Shown here: positions 18,166-27,482 of the stretch, piece after piece | Layout: each line of letters opens with the position of its first letter | Numbering within the stretch: position 1 is the first letter of the stretch | Source: an uncultured bacterium | GTDB taxonomy: Bacteria > Latescibacterota > UBA2968 > UBA8231 | Assembly: GCA_964011675.1 (NCBI GenBank) | Contig: CAXGPR010000007.1 | Coordinates: 4,126-68,125 of the forward strand | DNA length: 64,000 nucleotides | Direction of reading: 5' to 3' | Position numbers and translations under genes: made by a program | Notes under the pieces: generated by a model | What the model was told of the DNA's origin: nothing | The model's input: only the letters and a program-made list of their open reading frames with translations | The model's database searches: none

Positions 18166-19536
18166 CTACTCATCGACCCGAGTCGAATCTACAGGCTCGG
18201 GTATCTGAAGCACTTCATCGAGTTCCATATCAATATCTGCAAAGGCATCGGTATCTATTTTATAGGCATGGGAATCGCCGTCCTGCTCTAAGTAGATCTC
18301 TCCATCGCGCAGAAAAAACTGCACGTAATGTAGAGACTGTCCATCTTCCATAAGCCGCACGCCCAAGGAAGGCTCTCCCCCCTGAGCCACCGCAAACCCC
18401 GTCGCTTCAAGACTCTGTAAATCAGTCAACAGCGCATTTAGTTTCCACGATTTCGCCTTCTGCCCGGGAGGATCCTGTAAGTTCCAAACACCCGACGTAT
18501 CCTTTTCAGCTGTAAATACCATAGCCGAGCCGCGACGATACTCCATCCGATTTATTCGATCTCGATCCACTTGCAGCGGCTTCTTTGAACGCAGTGCGGT
18601 CACCTCTTGCGTCAACTTTTGCACCAACGTAGAATCGACGAGAAAAACCTGAGGCCGGCTCTCGTCGCGTGCATAATAGCGACCCTCATCGTCTTCACTG
18701 CCTATAGACAAACGCTTCTCTACGCGGTCTTGACCAAGAGAGAAGGACCACTCAACAGCGCGACTGTCCAACCCGTAGGCCACTAGGGCTTCGCCATCGG
18801 GCGCTTCGTCGACAAATTCGCTTATTTCGCTGGTCTCGATTTTCCCGAGCAACCCGTCAACGACTTCGGTAGAAGCGCGCGCTAAAATCGGTTCTTGCAG
18901 CAGCCAGTCCGCCCCCTCTTTACGAAGCGAAACCGGCCCGGAGATACCCGCGCGAGACGCCTCGGTGACCTCCGCCTTGGATAGGGCCAGAACGCGACGA
19001 TCTCGTAAGTCAAAAACGCTTTTGTCTAGGTTATCATAGCGCCACGCCCGAACCACAAATATTTCCGGATTGCTTCCGCTTTGTTTCACATAGGTATATC
19101 GATCGGTCGGCGCATCGGTGCCAAAAAACAGGGTGTCCAACGCACCCTCCTCCGTCTCGACTAAGATCCCCAGACGCGGCCGATCTAACCCATACTCCGC
19201 CGTCTCTGCAGAGAGAGCATCTGCACTATCAACGATCACCTTTTCTCGCTCTGACTCGGCGATGTTGCGCAAATAACGCGCGATCGCTTCGCCGTCGGCA
19301 CCGTCCTCTACAGGCAGCACAACGCGCCACTGGCCCTCTATGCGCTCTACTTCTATGCTCCCCTCAGGCCGGATTAGAGCAAGCCGTTCGACCTCTGACT
19401 CATTAAAGTCTAGCAACTGCTTTGAACGCTCTGCCGCCTGACGTCGCTCTTGTCCTCCCCTTATTTCATGGAAGTAGACAAAGGCCAGTAGAAGGGCGAA
19501 TATGGCACCGATAATTATATTGGTTTTTAGCTTCAT
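18166..19536 (-). CDS. DUF4340-like protein (N-terminal TM anchor plus repeated periplasmic beta domains); GldG-associated
   Basis: N-terminal TM (IIIGAIFALLLAFVYF). 456 aa. Lies immediately downstream of a GldG-like gene with a 4-nt overlap, as is usual for DUF4340 partners. Confidence 0.5.
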   Translation of the reverse strand: MKLKTNIIIGAIFALLLAFVYFHEIRGGQERRQAAERSKQLLDFNESEVERLALIRPEGSIEVERIEGQWRVVLPVEDGADGEAIARYLRNIAESEREKVIVDSADALSAETAEYGLDRPRLGILVETEEGALDTLFFGTDAPTDRYTYVKQSGSNPEIFVVRAWRYDNLDKSVFDLRDRRVLALSKAEVTEASRAGISGPVSLRKEGADWLLQEPILARASTEVVDGLLGKIETSEISEFVDEAPDGEALVAYGLDSRAVEWSFSLGQDRVEKRLSIGSEDDEGRYYARDESRPQVFLVDSTLVQKLTQEVTALRSKKPLQVDRDRINRMEYRRGSAMVFTAEKDTSGVWNLQDPPGQKAKSWKLNALLTDLQSLEATGFAVAQGGEPSLGVRLMEDGQSLHYVQFFLRDGEIYLEQDGDSHAYKIDTDAFADIDMELDEVLQIPEPVDSTRVDE

Positions 19537-22500
19537 GCTGTTTCTCTCCCGACTTCAAAGACCCGGCGGATCCATACCAGGATAGCAACATTGGTTATGA
19601 ATGCGGCAGCGTAGAGCAATTGGATTGTCTCGTTAGGAATAACCCAAAATCCCCCTAAGGCACTTAGTAGCGCCATCGCAATGGAAGGCAGCCAAACCCA
19701 CGTAGCACGCCGATGCAGGCCGTAGGCGACAGCTCCGCTGAGCAGTCCCACAACTAAATTGACCTGTCCCTCAAGCCCCTTAGCCTCGCTCAGCGCAACA
19801 ACCGCCGAGATCATCATGAAGACCGCATTGGCTGCAAACGAATAAATCAGCCACGCAATGAATCCGTCTTCATGGTTTTGATAGCCCCGTTTAAGGACCA
19901 TTACCAGACCGGAAAGAGCCACTGCAAATGGGAGGACAAAGACAGAAACCCACAGAACGACCGAGCCCTGATTGCCAATTAAGTTGATGGGATTATGGGC
20001 GGGACGACGATCTGCAATTTGCAGCCGGTCCTCGTCTTCTGTTAGCCATTCTATGCTATTGGCGACCAAGGCGCCGTTAGCCTGCTGGGAGAAATACTCG
20101 TTAGAGGCAAAATCCGCGTCGCCAAACACGACGACGCGCACCTGTCCCTCAGTGCTTAAGCTCGTATCTGGGTCGGCCTGCACGGCCACCGCCAAGGAAA
20201 CCGGTCCCCGCAGATCCACATCGGGATCGAATTCTACCTGGCCTCCCTCTCCAGTAACGGGAGATAAGTCGCGCTCTCCCCAACTGCTCTGATGCGTAAG
20301 TGCCAGCGCCGCAATTTGCGGGCTCTTTAGCCGATGCCCTGCGGGGCGCACAGAACGCGCGAGCGGAAAAAAGCTCATCGTTCCAGAGGAAAGTCGCTCT
20401 GAAATAGGATGGTCTCCGTAGTTGATCACTACCGGAACCGACACATCTGCGCCGAACAGCTGTCCTAACCCACTCAGATCAACGACGAAGTCTTGTCCGA
20501 GTTCAATAGAGTACGCGTCGAGTAGGGCTTCTAAGCCCGTTGGCGCACCTGGGTCAAGCAGAAATAGCGCCCGGCCACCGCCGTCCAAATAGCGCTGTAA
20601 GACTTCAGCATCAACCGCCGAAAAGCGCTCTTTAGGTGCAAGTACGACCAGCAGAGATGCATCGTCTGGCACGCCGTCCTGCAACTGAAGTCCGCTCACT
20701 ACTTCAAAGTTGAGCTCTCGTAGGCGTCCCTTTAACAAAGAGTAGCCCTTACCATCAACCTGATCGAGCTCGGCCTCGCCGTGTCCCGTGGTAAAGTAGG
20801 CTTTCATATCGCGAGCACGCAGCGCTTTGAGAATCGCATTGCTCAGCGCTTCTTCGCTCATCTGCATGATGCGCTCGCTGCGCACTTGACCGTCACCGCG
20901 CACCTCAACAATCGACGTGCCCCGTTCGCGAATATTGTTTTGCTCGACTTGGAGCGCATTTTTTTGCGGATCGACCAATTCATAGTCAAAATAGTCTGAC
21001 TGGTGGTTATACTCTTTCATGAGATCCTGAAAGCGCATCCCCTCCATCTCGCTCATAAACGTCTTCACGTGAACGTATTGTCCTTCTTCCTCCACGGTGC
21101 TCATGAGTCGCTTACTATCGTCGGAGAGCGTAAAGAGGGCATCCGCCGTCATATCGTGACGAATGTTGTACCGGTCTCCCAGAAAATTGAGTAGCGCGGC
21201 AATGCCCAAAGAAAGAACAATTCCTAAACCCGCTCCCACGAGTTCTGTCACGCTCCACCGTCCCTTGCGGGAAACAACGAGTAAACCAACGAGGGCAATG
21301 GCCAGCGGATAGAGCACGACACTGATCCAAAAAATCCACTCGCCCTGACTATCATTAAGAGCAATCGGGTTGTAACCAGCCTGACGCGGACGAATCGATA
21401 TCAGACTCTCATCCTCCGCAAGCCAACTGAGAGCATTCAGAGCTAGGTCGCCATTGCCTTGGTAGTCAAAATACTGGTTGGTTGCAAAATCAGAGTCACC
21501 GAAGACAACGAGGCGTCCTCCCTTTCCTTCAACAGCGACGGCAAGAGAAATCGGTCCCGGCGTGTCAACGCCCTCATCTAGCTTGACCGTACTATCTCCT
21601 TCTCCCTGCAAAACCCGCAGGTCTTTCTCTGCCCATCCAGCCTCAGAGGTCAGGGCAAGCGCTTCCCCTTCGAATCCTACCCCCGTGGACTCGGCATCAA
21701 AAACAACAGAGCGACTCAGCTGGTAAAAGGTCATAACGCCTTGATGCTTGCGCGTTATGGGATGCTTGCCGTAAGAAACGGAGACGGGTGTGGTGAAATC
21801 GAGCCCAAAGAGCGAACCGATCCCACTGGTATCAATTACAAAGTCATCGCCCAGAGAGACACCCCATTCCAATAAAAGATCTTCCAGCCCGCTTTCAGAC
21901 AGAGGATCGAGCAGGGCGAGTACAGAGCCTCCTTCCTGTAGATAGGCCCTTAACGTTGCCACCTCAGTGGGCAAAAACGGAGTCCGCGGACCCGCGATAA
22001 CAAGCACCGCACAGTCACTAGGCACGCGCGCTGTGCGGGCGAGAAAGAGGGAATCATCGATCGCGTAATCAATTTCTTGTAAGCGCTCCTTCAGCATCCC
22101 CAAACCACCTGGCCCACTGCTGGGATCGCGCTCACCGTGTCCCACACTTAGGTATACTTTGTCCTGGCGTTCACGGATTACTTTTAGCAGCGCATTCGTT
22201 ATTTCACGCTCTTCTAACTCGGTGATTTGCTGCTGTTTATCTCCGCTTTTTATAAGCAGCGTATTATAACGTTTAATTCCATTTTCTTCGGTGCGCATCG
22301 GATCGCGATCGGGATCAATCATCTCAAAGGTGAAACGGCTGCCGCGATTGCTAAACTCAGCTAACAACAATTCCAGATCCGCGTTCTCTCCGCCCTCCAT
22401 AAATGCGAGCGCTTCAACATCATGATCGAGGTTTTGTAGTGTTTCTATCGTTAGGTCAGACAGGCTGTGTAGCTGCCCCTCCGTCAGGTCCAAACGCTCT

Positions 22501-22784
22501 GCGTATCGATTGCTGAGGAAATTGATCATTGCCACAATGCCAAAGACCATTATTCCTCCCCAAAATGCATTGAGCCAGCGACCGTATTGTCTAAACAGAT
22601 CTGCATTTATAAAGCCGGCGCTCACGACGAGCAACAAACCAACTGCAGCATTTACCAAGCCCGTTGAGCCCGTATCAGGTGAGATTAGATAAGCCAACCC
22701 ACCGACGATGATTAACGCAGCGCCAACGAGACTGATTGGAATGGCATAGTCCTTCATCTTACCGCCTCCAACGCCGTGACTCAA
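19533..22784 (-). CDS. Tandemly duplicated GldG-like ABC-transporter accessory protein (two ABC_transp_aux-type modules in one 1083-aa polypeptide, multi-TM N- and C-termini)
   Basis: Internal repeat: residues about 95-515 and about 530-960 are homologous (YAERLDLTEGQLHSLSD vs GDRYNIRHDMTADALFTLSDD, FEMIDPDRDP vs YELVDPQKNA, VVFGDSDFATNQYF vs VVFGDADFASNEYF). Each repeat is followed by a TM helix. Confidence 0.6.
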   Translation of the reverse strand: MSHGVGGGKMKDYAIPISLVGAALIIVGGLAYLISPDTGSTGLVNAAVGLLLVVSAGFINADLFRQYGRWLNAFWGGIMVFGIVAMINFLSNRYAERLDLTEGQLHSLSDLTIETLQNLDHDVEALAFMEGGENADLELLLAEFSNRGSRFTFEMIDPDRDPMRTEENGIKRYNTLLIKSGDKQQQITELEEREITNALLKVIRERQDKVYLSVGHGERDPSSGPGGLGMLKERLQEIDYAIDDSLFLARTARVPSDCAVLVIAGPRTPFLPTEVATLRAYLQEGGSVLALLDPLSESGLEDLLLEWGVSLGDDFVIDTSGIGSLFGLDFTTPVSVSYGKHPITRKHQGVMTFYQLSRSVVFDAESTGVGFEGEALALTSEAGWAEKDLRVLQGEGDSTVKLDEGVDTPGPISLAVAVEGKGGRLVVFGDSDFATNQYFDYQGNGDLALNALSWLAEDESLISIRPRQAGYNPIALNDSQGEWIFWISVVLYPLAIALVGLLVVSRKGRWSVTELVGAGLGIVLSLGIAALLNFLGDRYNIRHDMTADALFTLSDDSKRLMSTVEEEGQYVHVKTFMSEMEGMRFQDLMKEYNHQSDYFDYELVDPQKNALQVEQNNIRERGTSIVEVRGDGQVRSERIMQMSEEALSNAILKALRARDMKAYFTTGHGEAELDQVDGKGYSLLKGRLRELNFEVVSGLQLQDGVPDDASLLVVLAPKERFSAVDAEVLQRYLDGGGRALFLLDPGAPTGLEALLDAYSIELGQDFVVDLSGLGQLFGADVSVPVVINYGDHPISERLSSGTMSFFPLARSVRPAGHRLKSPQIAALALTHQSSWGERDLSPVTGEGGQVEFDPDVDLRGPVSLAVAVQADPDTSLSTEGQVRVVVFGDADFASNEYFSQQANGALVANSIEWLTEDEDRLQIADRRPAHNPINLIGNQGSVVLWVSVFVLPFAVALSGLVMVLKRGYQNHEDGFIAWLIYSFAANAVFMMISAVVALSEAKGLEGQVNLVVGLLSGAVAYGLHRRATWVWLPSIAMALLSALGGFWVIPNETIQLLYAAAFITNVAILVWIRRVFEVGRETA

Positions 22785-23541
22785 TGACTCGCGTAGTCAA
22801 AAACAGGCAGAAAAACGTAAAGCTCAGGTAGAACACTACGTCGCGACTATCAATGACCCCTCGTTGGAAGTCTTCTAGGTGCTCTATAAAAGACACGTAT
22901 TGTAAAATCTTAGCCGCCGTTGGCCCCGCAAAGCTAGCAGACCAATCGATAAGCCAAAACATCAGTAGTATACCGAAAGAAAGCAGGACAGCGACAATCT
23001 GATTTTCCGTCAGCGCAGAAGCCAAGATACCGACGGAAATAAACGTTGCACCGAGAAATAGATAGCCGAGATAGCCAGAGAAAATGGGGCCCCAGTCAGG
23101 GGAACCGTATGCCTCGAGAATAAAGAAATACACCATCGTCAAGCTCACGATAATCGCATAAAGCGAAAAGCAGGCGAAAAACTTGCCTAAAAGCACCTGA
23201 ACTGAGCTAACAGGCGAAGTCATTAGCAATTCGATTGTGCCTGTTTTCTTTTCCTCTGCGTATAGGCGCATTGTCAGCATAGGGACGATGAGCAACCAAA
23301 TAAAATCCATCACCGCAAAAAACTGCGTTACGACCATCTCGTTTAGATTCAGTGCAGGCATCCCACCACCCATCTGCTGTGCGCGCTGACCAAGCTGTAG
23401 GCAAATCAGGTTAAACTGCATTAAAATACTGCGAAACAAATACCCAGACAGAAAAAGGAATACACCAGCGATAACATAAGCTACCGGAGAGACGAAATAG
23501 GAGCGCATCTCCTTTGAATAAACCGCAAGAAAGTTACCCAT
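22759..23541 (-). CDS. ABC-2 type transporter permease (GldF-like)
   Basis: 260 aa with six predicted TM helices. Start shares ATGA with the upstream ATPase stop. Position in a GldA/F/G-type module. Confidence 0.7.
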   Translation of the reverse strand: MGNFLAVYSKEMRSYFVSPVAYVIAGVFLFLSGYLFRSILMQFNLICLQLGQRAQQMGGGMPALNLNEMVVTQFFAVMDFIWLLIVPMLTMRLYAEEKKTGTIELLMTSPVSSVQVLLGKFFACFSLYAIIVSLTMVYFFILEAYGSPDWGPIFSGYLGYLFLGATFISVGILASALTENQIVAVLLSFGILLMFWLIDWSASFAGPTAAKILQYVSFIEHLEDFQRGVIDSRDVVFYLSFTFFCLFLTTRVIESRRWRR

Positions 23542-24482
23542 TATGCATTCACCTCCTCTGTCGTTAAACGCAAAAATATATCTTCAAGCGTCATATCGAG
23601 TCCGCGCAGTTCACGCAGGGCATATCCTCCGTCGACGATTTGCCGCGCTAAGCCATCCCGCACATCCGTGCCAGGTTGGCTGGTTATGATAAAGACGCCT
23701 TCTTCTTCTCCTCCACTCTCGATGGCTACATCTATCACGCCGTCCATTGCGCAAATCATAGACAACACCTCTTGGCCGGGACCGCCAATCGAAGCGCGTA
23801 GCACTTCGCCCTCTTTTAACTGGTCAATCAGACTTTCTGGCGTTCCCTCTCCGGCAATGCGACCTCCATTTATGATGACGATCTTCTCACACGTCATACT
23901 GACTTCAGGCAAGATATGCGTGCTTAAGATCACCGTATGCTCACCCGCTAGTCCTTTAATCACTTCGCGAATTTCGATGATTTGCTTAGGATCTAGTCCC
24001 ACAGTAGGCTCGTCGAGAATGAGTACATCTGGATTATGAACAAGGGCTTGGGCCAACCCTACGCGCTGCTTGTACCCTTTGGAAAGGTGACTTATAACGG
24101 TGTTCTGATGATGAGCAATTCCCGTCTTTTCCATGGTATCGTCGATTCGCCCATTTAGCTGTCCACCCGCCACTCCCTTGATTCTGGCGACAAAGCGCAG
24201 ATAAGCGCGCACGGTCATATCCAAATACAGCGGAGGCTGTTCAGGCAAATACCCAATCCGTTTACGCACTTCCATGGATTCTTCAACAACGTCAAATCCG
24301 GCTACTTTGGCCTGGCCACCGCTGGGCGGTAAATAACAGGTCAGCATCCGCATCGTTGTTGTCTTGCCGGCTCCGTTGGGGCCGAGAAATCCAAGTATCG
24401 TTCCCTTGCCCACGGCAAAGGATATGCCTTCTACGGCTGCCACCTCACCATAGCTCTTCGCAAGCTCGTTGACTTCTATCAT
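23541..24482 (-). CDS. ABC transporter ATP-binding protein (GldA-like)
   Basis: Walker A (GPNGAGKTT), signature (LSKGYKQRVGLAQAL), Walker B (ILDEPTVGLD), H-loop. Confidence 0.85.
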   Translation of the reverse strand: MIEVNELAKSYGEVAAVEGISFAVGKGTILGFLGPNGAGKTTTMRMLTCYLPPSGGQAKVAGFDVVEESMEVRKRIGYLPEQPPLYLDMTVRAYLRFVARIKGVAGGQLNGRIDDTMEKTGIAHHQNTVISHLSKGYKQRVGLAQALVHNPDVLILDEPTVGLDPKQIIEIREVIKGLAGEHTVILSTHILPEVSMTCEKIVIINGGRIAGEGTPESLIDQLKEGEVLRASIGGPGQEVLSMICAMDGVIDVAIESGGEEEGVFIITSQPGTDVRDGLARQIVDGGYALRELRGLDMTLEDIFLRLTTEEVNA

Positions 24483-24525
24483 CGATTAACCTCCTTTACT
24501 GACAAACGCTCAGTTAGCTAATATC

Positions 24526-25452
24526 CTATCCGCGTCTGCGCACGCGCTCATGAAAGAGGCGCACTAGCGGATCCACATATGATTTCGTTATGTCGATAGG
24601 CACCTCATCGATACCGTTGCGACGAAATAACGCGCGTCTCTGTTGGTCTTCTCTCTCCTGCTGTTGGGCAAAATAGGCGCGCACTTCTCGGCGACTGCTA
24701 TCGACTAAAAATTGCTCTCCAGTTTCTGCATCTTGTAAATTGATAAACCCCACGTCGGGCAGCGCGCGTTCTCTAGGATCAAAAATTGACACTGCCACCA
24801 TATCATGTCGTCGTCTCATAAGCTGGAGAGGTCGCTCATAGTCCTCATCAATAAAATCGGATATGAGAAAAACTACGCTACGGCGATGTAGGACTCTATC
24901 CAGATAGTCGAGGGCGCTCGTTATGGACGTGCGTTTGCCCTGAGGTTGGAAGTACAGCAGTTCACGAATAACGCGCAGCACGTGCTTGCGGCCTTTTTTC
25001 GGAGGGATAAAAACTTCCACTTCATCCGTGAAGATTAACAACCCCACGCGATCATTATTTTTTATTGCTGCAAATGCCAGCAGCGCCGATATCTCAACGC
25101 CTACTTCGCCTTTCATTTGCTGCACAGATCCAAAAGCACCCGAAGCGCTTGCATCGACGAGCAACATCACGGTTTGTTCTCGCTCCTCATCGAATACCTT
25201 TACGTAAGGAGAACCTGTCCGCGCCGTAACGTTCCAGTCAATAGTGCGCACGTCATCTCCGCGAAGATACTCGCGCACTTCAGCAAACTCCATTCCGCGT
25301 CCCTTAAATGCGGAGTGGTACTCTCCTGCAAACAGATCGTTAACAACGTTGCGCGATCGAATTTCGATCAGTCGCACCTTCTCTAGTATCTCTTCCGGTA
25401 TCACGACGACGCTCTTAGGGAACCTCAACGTGGTCAAATAGCTGCTGAACAA
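24526..25452 (-). CDS. DUF58 family protein (MoxR-associated VWA-like)
   Basis: VREYLRGDDVRTIDWNVTAR hallmark, then LLVDASAS. Follows moxR directly. Confidence 0.8.
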   Translation of the reverse strand: MFSSYLTTLRFPKSVVVIPEEILEKVRLIEIRSRNVVNDLFAGEYHSAFKGRGMEFAEVREYLRGDDVRTIDWNVTARTGSPYVKVFDEEREQTVMLLVDASASGAFGSVQQMKGEVGVEISALLAFAAIKNNDRVGLLIFTDEVEVFIPPKKGRKHVLRVIRELLYFQPQGKRTSITSALDYLDRVLHRRSVVFLISDFIDEDYERPLQLMRRRHDMVAVSIFDPRERALPDVGFINLQDAETGEQFLVDSSRREVRAYFAQQQEREDQQRRALFRRNGIDEVPIDITKSYVDPLVRLFHERVRRRG

Positions 25453-26410
25453 TACGCTCTGAATCTATCTCTTCCGCTTCGGCCTCATAACTGGCAACCA
25501 CTCGATGTCGCAATACGTCTGCTCCGATAGCTTTCACATCTTCTGGTGTTACATAGGCGCGCTGACGTAAGAATGCGTGTGCTCGAGCAGCTCGAACGAG
25601 AAAGATGGTCGCTCTGGGAGAAGCGCCGTGCTCAATCAGAGGAGCCACCTCGTCTAATCCCATCTGCTCGGGAAAACGCGTAGCGTGAACGAGATTTACA
25701 ATATAGTCTTTAATTTTGTCATCGATGTAGACCATTTCTACAACCTGACGCAGTTGTAAGACTTGATCTACAGAAAGGGCATGCTGCACTTCAATAGCAC
25801 CACCATTAGCCATGCGATCGAGAATCAGGCGTTCGTCTTGGCGAGATGGATATGTAACTTTCACCTTCAACATAAATCGATCGACCTGCGCTTCTGGTAG
25901 TGGATAAGTACCCTCTTGTTCAATGGGGTTTTGAGTAGCCATCACCAGAAAGGGGTCTTCTAATTCATATGTTTCATCTCCGATTGTAACCTGCCCCTCC
26001 TGCATACATTCCAACAGAGCACTCTGCACTTTCGCAGGCGCGCGATTGATCTCATCGGCAAGGACTAAATTCGCAAAGACCGGACCCATCTTGGGGACAA
26101 AAGCCCCATCTTGAGGATTGTAAATCAGCGTACCTGTCAGGTCGGCTGGGAGTAAGTCCGGAGTGAACTGTATCCGCTTAAAGCTCGCCTGTAGGATGCG
26201 AGCAAGCGTAGATACTGTCAGCGTTTTAGCAAGACCTGGCACACCTTCTAACAGGATATGCCCCCCGCATATAAGGCCGATCAGCATACGTTCAACCATG
26301 TAGCGTTGTCCAACTATGACGCGATCCATCTCGGAAAAAACCTGATCAACAAGCGGAACCTGCTGCTGAACCTTCTCACTTATGGCGTGTATATCAATAG
26401 CGTTTTGCAT
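25415..26410 (-). CDS. moxR: MoxR-family AAA+ ATPase
   Basis: Walker A (GVPGLAKT), Walker B (LADEINRA), MoxR C-terminal region. 331 aa. Confidence 0.85.
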   Translation of the reverse strand: MQNAIDIHAISEKVQQQVPLVDQVFSEMDRVIVGQRYMVERMLIGLICGGHILLEGVPGLAKTLTVSTLARILQASFKRIQFTPDLLPADLTGTLIYNPQDGAFVPKMGPVFANLVLADEINRAPAKVQSALLECMQEGQVTIGDETYELEDPFLVMATQNPIEQEGTYPLPEAQVDRFMLKVKVTYPSRQDERLILDRMANGGAIEVQHALSVDQVLQLRQVVEMVYIDDKIKDYIVNLVHATRFPEQMGLDEVAPLIEHGASPRATIFLVRAARAHAFLRQRAYVTPEDVKAIGADVLRHRVVASYEAEAEEIDSERIVQQLFDHVEVP

Positions 26411-26601
26411 AATCTCCTACTGGTCAAAAAAAACCGCCTTTGATGTATAAGGTCTCACAGAGCGACTCGGGACCTATACTTTCATCGGCGGATATACTTC
26501 TAAAACGATGGACTTAAAAAAGGTCTTCCGGTCTTTAGCTGCACTCTAGCAGTATGTATATTTTTTCCTGTGACTGAGTCAGAAACAGGATTTTCTCAAT
26601 T

Positions 26602-27087
26602 CTAATTAACGCCGTCTTGAAATCGAACCCACTCTTCTGGACTCTGTCCCACATGCGGCAAAAGTTGCTTAGCGCTCGCTGCAAGTTCGGAATTAGGATA
26701 GCGATCAATTACGCGTTGATAGGCTCCCCGCGCCTTATCTATATCATTCACATACTCCTCGTATATGAATGCGATCATAAACTGCGCTTCGTCACCTAAA
26801 TCACTCTGAGGATATTCGTTTAGTAAGCGTTCATACAGAGTGATCGCGCCTTGCATATCTCCTTTTTGCTGTGCGATAGCTGCCCAGTTTTTTAGAGCGA
26901 CAGGCGCTTTTTCATGTCCGGGAAATTTTCTAACAAACTCACCATAAGCCTCTATGGACTGATTCATATTTTGTTCGGCGGTTGCACGTTCAGCTTCTTC
27001 CCAGAGGTCGCTTGGCTCACCACCACCGCATCCCCATTGGGCGACGACAATAAAAAAAGCTAGAAAGAGCTTAAAAACAGATAACAT
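26602..27087 (-). CDS. TPR-repeat lipoprotein-like protein (YbgF-like fold)
   Basis: Start set at the internal ATG (MLSVFKLFLAFFIVVAQWGC...). Signal peptide with Cys. TPR-like pairs (AIEAYGEFVRKFPG, AITLYERLLNEYPQSD, ARGAYQRVIDRYPNSE). The longer ORF-track start would overlap the upstream gene. Confidence 0.5.
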   Translation of the reverse strand: MLSVFKLFLAFFIVVAQWGCGGGEPSDLWEEAERATAEQNMNQSIEAYGEFVRKFPGHEKAPVALKNWAAIAQQKGDMQGAITLYERLLNEYPQSDLGDEAQFMIAFIYEEYVNDIDKARGAYQRVIDRYPNSELAASAKQLLPHVGQSPEEWVRFQDGVN

Positions 27088-27109
27088 AAAAATAACTCCG
27101 ATTAAACGA

Positions 27110-27409
27110 TTAATCCGCTTTAGCGGTTCCCGAATTATCTGCTTTTTTAGACGTTTTTTTTGTATCGCTCGCTTCAGAAGAGCTGCTACTGGTATCGGCT
27201 TTAGCTGCTTTCTGGTAATTTTCACTACGATAATCGGTCTCGTAAAAACCAGATCCTTTAAACAACAACCCCCCTCCGCCACCAATCAGCCGCTTAACCC
27301 GACCTCGACATTTCGCTCTGCGACAAGTTTTCAGCGGTTCAGCTGTAATGCTCTGAAATTCTTCAAAACTATGGCCGCACTTCTGGCATTCATACTCGTA
27401 TGTTGGCAT
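27110..27409 (-). CDS. FmdB-family zinc-ribbon protein with S/K/A-rich tail
   Basis: MPTYEYECQKCGHSFE...C..AKC: a CxxC...CxxC zinc ribbon typical of FmdB. C-terminal low-complexity tail. Confidence 0.7.
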   Translation of the reverse strand: MPTYEYECQKCGHSFEEFQSITAEPLKTCRRAKCRGRVKRLIGGGGGLLFKGSGFYETDYRSENYQKAAKADTSSSSSEASDTKKTSKKADNSGTAKAD

Positions 27410-27482
27410 TGTTTTATCCTCAGATTAAACAAGCTTTACAATATAAGGATCAGATAGAGGTACGCAATATTTGATAGAGCGA

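Noticed and set aside
26555-26590. Hairpin cctgt-gactgagtc-agaa-acagg downstream of the TPR-lipoprotein gene
   Set aside because: Short stem, no adjacent U-tract on the relevant strand. It is at best a weak terminator and is not called.
26602-27285. Longer 227-aa version of the TPR lipoprotein ORF
   Set aside because: The N-terminal 66 codons overlap the FmdB gene and lack signal-peptide logic. The internal ATG at 27087 begins a proper signal peptide with Cys, so the start was moved.
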